A stretch of 64,000 nucleotides of DNA. It comes from Novakomyces olei. Its lineage: Eukaryota. How positions within the stretch are numbered: position 1 is the stretch's first letter; each line of letters starts with the position of its first letter. The position numbers were made by a program, and so were the translations under genes. Location: contig JADEYG010000003.1 of the NCBI GenBank assembly GCA_016906335.1, forward strand, positions 1,550,001 through 1,614,000. The letters are read 5' to 3'. Positions 1-13,479 of the stretch are shown here, piece by piece. The notes under the pieces are model-generated. The model was not told where the DNA came from, did not search any database, and saw only the letters and a program-made list of their open reading frames with translations.

Positions 1-270
1 GGGGCTACTTCTATTTCTTCTAATGCCTACTTTGGCCGCCCTGAAGACGATGACGAGGATGCCGAGCGTGAAGGCGGTGGAGCCGGTGGAGGAGCCGCGT
101 TCCTGCAGAATCGGGATTTGGGAGATTTGGAGAATACGGCACGCGACTATTTGCAAAAGCTTTCGCTTACTGCCGGTGAGGATTTGGATAACTTGCGGGA
201 TGCGATTACAACTGGAGGCCGTAAACTGCAAGGGTTTTTGGAAAATTTGTCGGAGCGCTACAACTTGTAG
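1..270 (+). CDS. GLO3: 3' end of a Glo3/ArfGAP2-3-type ARF GTPase-activating protein (partial, runs off left edge)
   Basis: Frame 1 reads GATSISSNAYFGRPEDD...DLENTARDYLQKLSLTAGEDLDNLRDAITTGGRKLQGFLENLSERYNL*; ISSxxxFG is the Glo3 motif. Not in the ORF track (no start in window). Confidence 0.8.
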   Translation, partial: GATSISSNAYFGRPEDDDEDAEREGGGAGGGAAFLQNRDLGDLENTARDYLQKLSLTAGEDLDNLRDAITTGGRKLQGFLENLSERYNL

Positions 271-376
271 AGCCGAGTATGGTGTGATACACGTGATGCA
301 GTAGAAGTAGGGTTTTGTGTATTAATGTATTTAGCATGGACAATGTTTGTAGATTGTGTTGTAGATTGTATTTAAA

Positions 377-413
<37 letters not shown>

Positions 414-793
414 GGGGTGGAAATAAAAGGGTTAGGGTTAGTCACAATAAATTATTGTATGTTGTATGTATTCGCTACTTCTCCCAATCACAGGGTTTTC
501 GCTCCTTCCCCAGAATATGGCTCAAAGCGGCAACTGCATGTGGACTTGCGTAAACATGGATAAGGTCGATCAATGAAGCAACGAGTGAACGAGCATTTAT
601 TTGTACGCATTTGCCTTAAAAACAGGAACCGTTTCAACGTTTCCTCGACCTTTGCTCTTTTGGTCGCGTTATTATAGCTCAGATATACAATAAGCTAAAG
701 TCAGGTAAGTGCAATTGCGTCACTCCGGAACTAACTGCCGCAGAGCGCCAAAACAGAATCAGACGGGAGCTTTTACAAAGAGTAGAGGATTAA

Positions 794-3269
794 ATGCGTC
801 AACGGCACGCTTACGCGAGCCTTTTAACATCAAAGTCTTACTTGACGGGTACGCTGATACAAGAACTGCTATTGTGCTGAATTTAACCTTGAAGGTGCTC
901 TCGTAGTAGGGTTTTCATTACGCGATGTTGGTGCAAAGGCCCGTCTTGTTTTACTGTGCGGCTGTCCGGACGAGCTAAGTGCAGAGGACAGGAATACTTT
1001 ACTCGTACGTGTTCACACATTGTTTTGTATATGTATATGTATTGCTATTGTTATTGCTATTGCCATTGTTATTGCTTTTGCTATTGTTATCTTGACGACG
1101 GTATTTGTTGCGCAAGTTTGTCGCAAATTCCCATTCGTCTTTACTCACTAATTCTTCTATTTGCTTTTTCGCAAATTGTTTCTGGCGTCGCTTTTGTACT
1201 TAATACATAGTCATGCTGGGACGAAATTCGGCCTGTTGAACTCGTTTTATCAAACAGCCAGCGTGAATTGGCGCTGCTTGGAAGGCCGGAACTAGATGCG
1301 GCACCTACTAAAATTCACGTGTTTAATATGCTCGACTTTGACCGTGTCGTCTACCTTGATGCCGATACCGTTTGCTTGCGCAATGTGGACGATCTTTTCG
1401 ATTTGGATCCAAGTATAGTTTTGGCGGTAAGTGTAGAGTTTCTTTTTTCATGCGCTTGTTGCTGACGCTTATAGGCTGCGCCAGATACAGGATGGCCCGA
1501 CATTTTCAATACCGTAAGTACATCTTGAGGCTTTAAATTTGCTCGTATCTTTTATAATCATCGCTCTTCAGTTTGATCAATGTCATTCTGGTTTTGGAGT
1601 TTGCCTACCTTTTGAACATCATTGAAAAGCTTGATATTTGAAGTCTGTGTGCTTCTGAGATATCACCTTATCTTGAGTCTGTTTTTCTATCATTGTTCTT
1701 TGAATTCTTAGCCTTCCCTGTTTGTTTGAGTTGGTCTAAAGCCGGTTCTTACTTATAGGGTGTTCTCGTTGTCAAGCCAGAGGGTGGTTTGTTTGATGCT
1801 TTACAATTACTCTTGAGGGCATCCGCAACGTTTGATGGTAGGCGAACAGACTTCAGATTATTTGGATAAGCTTATAACTTTTATTGTAGGCAGTGACCAG
1901 GGTCTTTTGAATCAGTATTTTACGCACTGGCATCGACTGCCTTTTACCTACAACGTGACTCCCAATGCTGGCTATGAGTATGCAAGGATTTGTTCTATCA
2001 GAACAAATTTAAAAATTAAAAATTTAGAAAATAAAATTGAAAAATAAACCCTCACTTTATTTTTTATTTTAATTTATGTATGATGGACTCAATCTCTAAC
2101 GTGATTTTCTAGATACGCTCCTGCCTATTCCTATTATTCATCCCAAATATCAATCGTTCATTTCATTGGCAGTTCAAAGCCCTGGCACCGTTTAGATTCT
2201 GGACATGTCAGCGGCGTCTTTGGTAAATTATTGGCGCGATGGACAGCTGTATATAAACGGCATGTTGCTCCACGGTCGCATAATTTGGCAAGCTCAGACA
2301 TACGCGAGGTTGAAGAACACAAGGCAAAAGAACCTGAAGGGAATCAATACGGCGAGGCTAGTAAAGCGAGCAACGAAAGTATTGGCTCTGTGGAACACCA
2401 GATGTCCACTGAGGGCCCATCATTCTCAAAAAATTCAGAGGCTTCTCAATTGAAATCGATTTTGAAGAAACGTAAGACTCTATGTTTTGACTCTTTTTGT
2501 ATACGATTATATTGATATGGTCATAAATTAATATTTCCATATCAAATCCAACTTTTATCACAAACTTTATGCACATTTGCTAACATCAGCGTCTGAAGAG
2601 CATTTATACTCGGCGTGGGACGCGCAAAAAGAGTCACCTCCTAAATTTTCTCAGCCAGAAGCGATAAATTGGCCCATAGAGACTGTACCCAACTGGACGC
2701 AACCAGAGTTTCGTCCGCCGGTGAGGTATCCAACGCCTTCAAAGTACGTTCATTTTGATGTGCCCGACACTCCGCCAGAAAGGGAAAGGACTCCTCCAGT
2801 TTTCCCGTGGGAAACTTATTCTTCAGAACCAGAGCGCGTGTTCCCCGAGAACAGCGAAGAGCTCGATGAACCGGAACTAGATCCGGACGAGCAAGAGGAT
2901 CCTGGGGAAGAACTGGCAGAGTTTGAAGCTTCTTCGGGCATTGATCCGAATACCGAGTACTGGACTCCACAGACAAGCGATGAAAACGCGTGGGACAATT
3001 ATTCTGATATACTGAGCTACGCAACCAGCGTTTCTCGGCAATTTTATCGAAGCTCGAGCAGAACGAAACCGGCTCTAGATCTCCCCCAGAACCGTAATCG
3101 TACGGATACTGACTCTGCGCGAAGCACGGAGCCTCGAGCGGCAACATTTAAAATTCAAGAGTCTCATGTGCCCAACCAGAACGTTTGGGATCCTAGCAAA
3201 CAATTAGACAAACTCACACTAGATGCAGCAGAAAAGGCAGCAACAGGTCCTTGGAAAAAAGAGAAATAG
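794..3269 (+). CDS. GLG1: Glycogenin (GT8 self-glucosylating initiator of glycogen synthesis), ~8 exons
   Basis: Spliced exons give MRQRHAYASLLTSKSYLTG|ALVVGFSLRDVG..., TKIHVFNMLDFDRVVYLDAD, AAPDTGWPDIFNTGV, FDGSDQGLLNQYF, RLPFTYNV, HFIGSSKPW, then a fungal C-terminal tail (WDA, FPWE, NAWD). First intron 849-894. Confidence 0.92.
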
Positions 3270-3568
3270 AAGGGATCATGAGTCGTTTTGTCGACCTGAC
3301 GCAGCCTTTGCCTTTGACGTAGTCGTGCTTTATTATCGCATTTTCTTTTTCCGTGTATAGTCTTGTTTAGACAAATTGCAGCCGCCCCGTGACTATTCGC
3401 CGCTTCGACTTTTAGACCACAAACTTGGATCGTCTTTGCCATCTTTAATAATGCGAAAACATATTTGAGTCTGTTCATTGGGCACGACTTAGACACCATA
3501 ATAATATACGAAGAGAATCAAATGTATGTGCATATTATCTTGCTCACGCCTTTGCATATTGCCCTTCC

Positions 3569-4381
3569 CTACTCCAAGTCTGGGGCCAAAAATTCGTCGT
3601 CAACCAGCCCGATGTCCGCATCCTCTCTTTCTTCATCAGATTCATCTGCCCGTTTCTTCAATCTTGGAGCATTTTGAGATTTTTTGCCCTTATTCAAGTT
3701 ATTGGGCTTCCGATTTCCCTCGAGTAATAGCTTCTGGTCTGGATTACGAAGGATGCGAGCATGAAACTCGTCCCAAATTTGTTTTTGCCTTGCAAACGCC
3801 GCCTTGGCACGTTCGTCTGCTGCTTGCTTTTCACGATAAAGAGATATATATTTCTCAGAATTTGGAAATTCTAGTGTGTATAATAGATCCGTCTTTAACT
3901 TTAAAACGTTCTCCTTGAGAGTTTTGCAGTCTGAATCCTCAGCCGCATCCTTCAGCGACTTTTCCGCCTTGTGCAAGCGCCGAGTTGCTTTTTGCCGCTC
4001 TGCAATTAGTACACCAGTTAAATGCAATAAAGTAGAACGCACCAAAAAATTTGACTTTATGGTACTTTTGAGCATTTTTGCGTTCTTGCGTTACTCCTTG
4101 CGCAATTGCAAGTTGCTCTGTATAGGCATTAAGAGCCCGCTCGTGTTCAATGCGCACATTGATTGGCAATTTCTCCTTATCAAAGTTAGCTTAAATTTAC
4201 TGGAAACCAAATGAATCTGAAAAATAAATTAATCTATTTTTGGCATTCTGGTCCTTACTCTCTTCAACAAACGCTGAGTATCGCGAATTTTTTTCTTAAT
4301 TGCCCAAGAGCCTTCCATCTGCATATTGTTGCGGCCCTTGTTGCGGCCTCCGTTGCGATTATGCTCTCTCTCTGGAGCCAT
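3569..4381 (-). CDS. EFG1: rRNA-processing protein Efg1, 3 exons
   Basis: Spliced: MAPERE...IKKKIRDTQRLLKR|EKLPINVRIEHERALNAY...KYHKVKFF|ERQKATRRL...DLLYTLEFPNSEKYISLY; KYHKVKFFERQKATR and FPxxEKYISLY are Efg1 motifs. Confidence 0.9.
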
Positions 4382-5293
4382 TGCTGATCAGGCTTAGTGC
4401 GACAAGGAAAATAAAATAAAATAAAAGTACAACGTTTTTGCGTCGAGGTAGATAAATATTTGTTATGGCGAGTCTGTGTACTTATCAGTTGCATAATAAT
4501 TGTAACAAATGATCGTCTATATATAATCGTGCGCACATGTAAAAAGCACTATGTACATTCATAACTATAACTTTCCATAGTACTGACTTTATCAGCTGAT
4601 TGATATCTGTGTATCGGCCGCCTACGTTTATCAGAAACAGCTCTTTGATTAAAGGAATTTTTATTAAACGATAGCGGCTCATCCATGTATGTTTCAAACC
4701 CGACTTTGAAATAAGTGCGCTTCTTTGGAAAAAGTTATAAAAGATTAATAGCAAGGCTGTATATTAATAACGTGCATATCAATTTTTCGATAACTTGTAG
4801 CGCATGATCAATCAGCTTTACACAAATTATTTTCAAGATAGAACCTTACATAATACACTATAATCCTGGAAACTTCAAGTACTGTATAACGCATTTTGAT
4901 GTACGTATCGCTCGCTTTTTTGCTCGAATGAGGTTAAGTCGGATCGCGTTCGGAACATTTGTGAATGGCTCTATAAATTCATATAAATTATATGCGCTAT
5001 AACAGAAAAGGATTGAGTGTGGAACTTTCAAGCGTGTAGTATAAATTATAATAATAATTATATTGTAGTATATTAATTATATTATTTTAAAATATATTAT
5101 AGTGTTTTAAAATATATTATAGTGTTTAATAATATATTCAAGTCAGTACATCATTACCAAATATCGAGGAGCCAAAGGCGTGGAGAGTCGCGAGGCGACA
5201 CCAACTTGTGATAAGAAATAAAATTGGCCTGTTGAGTGTCCAGTTGAAGAATGAAAACTTCAGGTTGATTGTTTTCAGTGCAAAATCAGTCTA

Positions 5294-8731
<3,438 letters not shown>

Positions 8732-9236
8732 ATATTCCGAAAAAGATTTTGTAATTATTGTTATTCTTATTTTATGTATGGATAATACTTTTATATCGTA
8801 CAAAGTATATATATTATTGAATCTCCGCAAGCATACATCGAGCACGGCCCAAGCGGTCTCGAAAAAATATTGACAGATCACGTGCAGGTCAATTTTTATT
8901 GCCGCAAGAAATATTTCATGTCTACACTATATGCTCAACGACACTTTCACAATTGCCTTTGCTGCCTCGGCAGACGGGTTCATTGTTTCTATTATCACTG
9001 GCGACTGGCTCAGACTTTAGAATTGTTTTTGGCAACGACTGTCAGTTTAGTTTGATTGCCGGTTCAGCTTGATTGCAGGTTTTGTTTGACTTTCAGCTCT
9101 TTACGACTTTTGCCTTGTAAAATTCGCTTTGGCCTCAACGATTGCTCGGGAAAGACCATTTTTCTGAAGAGATAAAAGAGTATTTATATTGATATTGATA
9201 TTTATAAATATATCTATCATTTTATCCAAACGGCTA

Positions 9237-10075
9237 ATGGTCTACGGAATGGACCCGTCTCTTAGACCGCCGTCACGCCTGGAACGTCTGGCAAAAGTCA
9301 CTTCTCGGCACACAAACGTCCTGAAAAGACCTTTTACTCAAAGCATTCGGCAGTCCGGCGCTCATGGGTTTGCAAACACACGAGAATTTGACGAGCAAGA
9401 CGTGCAGAGCCGTATAAATTTGAGTTTAGCTAGGAATCCAAGCAGAAACATTATCAGTAGCAACAACAACAACGGCAGTAACAGCAAAAGCACACTCCTA
9501 CGCCGTCGACTCTTTTCGTTTAGCAGCGGGATGCAGCGAAAACGAAAAGAAAATGCTCTGCCTCAAGTCAGAATGGAGTCTCTGTCGCTCAATAACGGCG
9601 ATGGTGAAGTTGATCAGGGTCTTCAGCTTCCCTTGTACGACTGCGAAGGCCGTTCAGTATTAAACAGCAGCAGCAGCAGTTTACAAAGTGTTCGGTTCCG
9701 TTCACGTAACGAAGCTCTTGATCACCTGCAAACTGCTCGCCGCCATCTTTATGTCGGATCTAATAGATCTGTGCGTGAATCTCTTGATTTCTGGATCTCA
9801 TACCGTGAAAACCCGCCGGCTCAGAAACAGCAAGAGCACGCATTCGATTCTGAGCAAGTATCGGTGATTTTTGAGCATATCGAGTATATTATAATGTGAA
9901 TTTTGTACCCTTGACATGGGAGGCTGTGTACACAGGATGAAGCAGATGAGGTAGTGAGGTAATTGCAATTAAATGGGCCGGCAGGCTTGCCCATTACCGG
10001 CAAAGATATACAAATTGTATTGTTCATAGGTTGCAGAACCTGAACGACGTGGCCGCCGTTCTGCGTAGACTATAG
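9237..10075 (+). CDS. Hypothetical basic, Ser/Arg-rich protein, probably 3 exons
   Basis: Long ORF 9189-9899; plausible splices ...FDSEQ|DEADEVVR|LQNLNDVAAVLRRL*. No family recognised. Confidence 0.55.
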
Positions 10076-10375
10076 CGAATGTGTCTATAAAGTAACAATT
10101 GCAGGCATTCTGTTATGCTTTTCCCTTACTTGCTGCTTGAGTTGCGTAGAGATATACAAAAAAGCCTCAGGAAACGAGGCCTTTTAACAAATAGAGCAAA
10201 ATTGTAGAGAAAATATCAGATAAACAATATACTAGTAAATTCAATATATTGATAATTCAATCCTAATAAATCAATCCAAATAAATCAATACTATCAACGT
10301 GCTTGACACTCGTCAAGTAATCTTACATGCAAAATAGGCATAAACCGAGTATACCATTTTCTGCCACCGACCCAA

Positions 10376-10865
10376 ATGCAGTTTTGTCCAACATGCGGGA
10401 ATCATTTATTAGTGGGCCAAATGGAAACGGGCAGCAACCGTTTCTACTGCTCAACTTGTCCCTACCAATTCCCGATAAAGTATTGGGTACGATTTTCTTT
10501 GTTATTTCTGGTGCATTTATTATTATTTGATTAGTGTGTTCATTTTGTAATTGTATTGGCATTTGGCTCATTTGCCCCTGTCTTTAGCTCTTCTCTGACC
10601 CCTTCAGCTCTACAATCGGCACGAAAATAAGCGGAAAGAAGTCGATGACGTGCTTGGCGGCGCCGAGGCATGGGAGGGCAACCAACAGACAGAGGTTCAG
10701 TGCGCTAATATTCGCAACTGCGACGGGACAAGAGCGTACTTTATGCAAATGCAGATCCGCAGCGCCGATGAGCCAATGTCTACATTTTACAAGGTACATC
10801 CATAATTGATCTTGAACTAACGGTATTAGTGTATAAAGTGCGGCCATGTTTGGCGGGAAAATTAG
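10376..10865 (+). CDS. RPC11: RNA polymerase III subunit C11 (TFIIS-like), 3 exons
   Basis: MQFCPTCGNHLL...RFYCSTCPYQFPI...KEVDDVLGGAEAW...RAYFMQMQIRSADEPMSTFYK|CIKCGHVWREN*; two Zn ribbons and QIRSADEP motif. Missed by the ORF track. Confidence 0.95.
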
Positions 10866-11043
10866 CCTTAACGGCACTCGCCTCGTGCATAACAAACCTT
10901 TCGCATAAATGTCTGTATGAAGCTTTGATAGCTATAAAATGACTGATTCATTGTTCAAGTAGACGCAACTGTATAAGCACATATATTAGAGGAACCATAC
11001 CGGACACTTACAAGTAACTCGAATCGAATATATCGTGTTTCGA

Positions 11044-11160
11044 TATAGAGAAATAGTATAGAGAAATAGTATAGAGAAATAGTATAGAGAAATAGTATAG
11101 ATGAATAATTATAGAAATTGTAGAGAAATAATATAGAGGAATAGTATAGAGTAATAGCAT
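11044..11160. repeat. 13-bp minisatellite (ATAGTATAGAGAA)n, degenerate
   Basis: About 4 perfect plus several degenerate copies between the convergent RPC11 and RPL16 genes. Confidence 0.85.
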
Positions 11161-11334
11161 GATGCTATAGAGTAGGCTGCCCATAGGCTTAGCCGACCTG
11201 CCTACGAATGCAATTGATCCGTAATAAAAACGTTACATTTACAGACACGCTTACAGAGATGTGCAACTGTTGAAAAGAATCGACACTCGGATAAAAACTT
11301 TATTTCACGATATGAATGTTTGTTACTACAAAGT

Positions 11335-11985
11335 CTAGTAACCAAATTTGGCCAATTCCTCGTTGATCGGTCCAGCTGCCTTCTTGGCAGCCGTAACCTT
11401 CTTGGCCTTGGCCTGCTTGGCCTGGTAAAATGCTTGTGCCTTGATCTTCCGCTTCTCTTCCAGCTTGTCGACAATATCGCGGTATTTCCAGCCAACTTCG
11501 TGGGACAAGCGGCCCACAGTGCAGTACTTGCGACCCGGTCGCAGACGCAGGACACGTAGAGCCTGAGGAACAACTACGCGCTTCTGCTTGTCATAAGGAG
11601 GTGGCACACCCTCGTACACACGCAGCCGCTCCATCGCTGCCTGTCCGCGAGCAGTTTTGTGGGGAATCATGCCACGCACAGCCTTGTAGAACACACGCGA
11701 AGGTGCGCGAAAGTGGAAGGGACCGCGAGTCGGGTTGAAACGGCAAGCCTTGCGCAGGTACTCCAGGAACTTGATTTTATTGCGGAAAAAGTGGCCAGAA
11801 ATGTTGAGCTCTTCGCAGCGAACAACAACTACTTTTTGTCCCAGCAGCAGTTGTTTTGCTACTACGGAAGCCAAACGACCCACCAAGTGGCCCTTGCCTT
11901 TGCGAAAAGTTAGTATCATGTTTTGCATTCATTCTCTTGTTTGCTTACCGTCAACGACCACCGGTTTAGCGGAAAACTCGCTCAT
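11335..11985 (-). CDS. RPL16: 60S ribosomal protein L16 (uL13/L13a), 2 exons
   Basis: [23 protein letters not shown]...[10 protein letters not shown]...EGVPPPYDK...[10 protein letters not shown]; intron 11898-11948. Confidence 0.97.
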
Positions 11986-12059
11986 GTTGGCTCGGTTGAT
12001 TTGACTGGTTTGTGATTTGTGTGTGCCGGTGCGCTCGTCAACGTTGTGTTGTGGTCGTG

Positions 12060-12080
12060 CGTGACTGTTAGGGTAGGGTT
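12060..12080 (-). promoter_or_regulatory. Homol E (AGGGTAGGGT) + Homol D-like (CAGTCACG) ribosomal-protein promoter module
   Basis: + strand cgtgactgttagggtagggtt, ~75 bp upstream of the RPL16 ATG; matches the S. pombe RP-gene Homol D (CAGTCACA, 1 mismatch) / Homol E tandem. Confidence 0.75.
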
Positions 12081-12422
12081 GGATCCTATAATACAAAGGA
12101 TGAGCATGGATTGTTACTTTGCGTGTAGTATATGTATACTATGCGCAATCAAGTACGCTGATCGCTTACTTGTGCCAGCTCGCCTTGTTATCGCGTTAAT
12201 ACGTAAATAGAACAGATGGCTCCGCGATAATTTAGTCAGATAATCTATACCAGTCCCTCCCTTGTGCAATTTGTGTTGCTCTTTAAACAAAGAAATCCTT
12301 TGGCGTTTAATGTAGGGTTAGGGTTATAAAGAGGGTTAAGATTAAAGAGGGTTAGGGTTAATTATACATTCGATCTGGCAAGAGTGCATGTATCGGCATG
12401 ATTTGATGGCGGCCATGCATCT

Positions 12423-13379
12423 ATGCAAATGACGCACAGTCTCGCGAGCCCATGGAAGCCGAGCGCGGGCCAATTGCACGTAGTGAGCGGCCGCGCCAGT
12501 GTACTGGAGCATGTGATTTACGAAACGATTGCGTCGGCGTTTGAGACGGTTGCAACTAAAGGCAATTGTAGAGTTTACGTGATCGATACGCTCGGGTCCT
12601 TTGACGTAATGAAGCTGTCGCGTATTCACCCGAATCGAGCTGATTTGGACGCGGTGCGGATAACGCGGTGCTTTGACGTTTACGGTGTAATTGACGCTGT
12701 ACGTGAGACTATGGCCGACTTGCACAATGAGCATTCGCTCCTTATTGTACATTCATTCTCTCATCCTGTTGGGCTTTTAATGGCCAACGGCATGTCTCTC
12801 GGTATGGGTCTTGCACTATATTTACACAGATTTATTTTATTTACACAGATTTATTTTATTTACACAGATTTATTTTATTTACACAGATTTATTTTATTTA
12901 CACAGATTTATTTTATTTACACAGATTTATTTTATTTACACAGATTTATTTTATTTACAAGGGATTTATTTGCGCGGCGATAAAGTGAACGGGTCAATGT
13001 GGATTCCAAATGATTTGCTTATTTTTCACACCTGCCTCTTTACTCTTTACCTAACTCAACAGGGCATTCTCTCATGGTATCACTTTTACGGGAAATGCGT
13101 GCACTGCTCTTTGCCCACCTGCAGAATCTTGCCATACTGCTTTCGGTAGAGAGCGTGGCCAGCAGCAGGTGTGCCGCCTCTGCCTTTCCCGAGACGATGC
13201 TACGGCCCGCGCTGGGAACAACATTCCCCCACCTGGTCGATACTATCTGGCTGCTTCATCCACACGGGACTGCAAAAGAACAATACTACGTGGCCGAGGC
13301 CATTCAAAGCTCAGACGGTGCCTTTGGCAGCGTCCTTTTTTTCCGCATCGACGCGTTCCAGCGCGTAGTGCTTGTATAG
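12423..13379 (+). CDS. RAD51 paralog, RAD51D/Rdl1-like (Shu-complex type), 2 exons
   Basis: RecA-fold remnants VYVIDTLGSFD, LDAVRITRCFDV, LLIVHSFS, LRPALGTTFPHLVD; ~230 aa; intron 12802-13062. Confidence 0.7.
12821..12970. repeat. 19-bp minisatellite (TTTACACAGATTTATTTTA)n in intron of the RAD51 paralog
   Basis: About 7 perfect tandem copies. Confidence 0.95.
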
Positions 13380-13479
13380 AATCTGATAAACAATCTGATA
13401 AACAATCTGATAAGATCATCATGATAAGATTGATCTTATCAGATCAACATGATTATCAATCTGATAAAATCCTAATAAC

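Noticed and set aside
12821-12970. 19-bp array (also 31427-31502 and 43634-43706) as a CRISPR-like array
   Set aside because: Head-to-tail repeats with no unique spacers; eukaryotic context, no cas genes.
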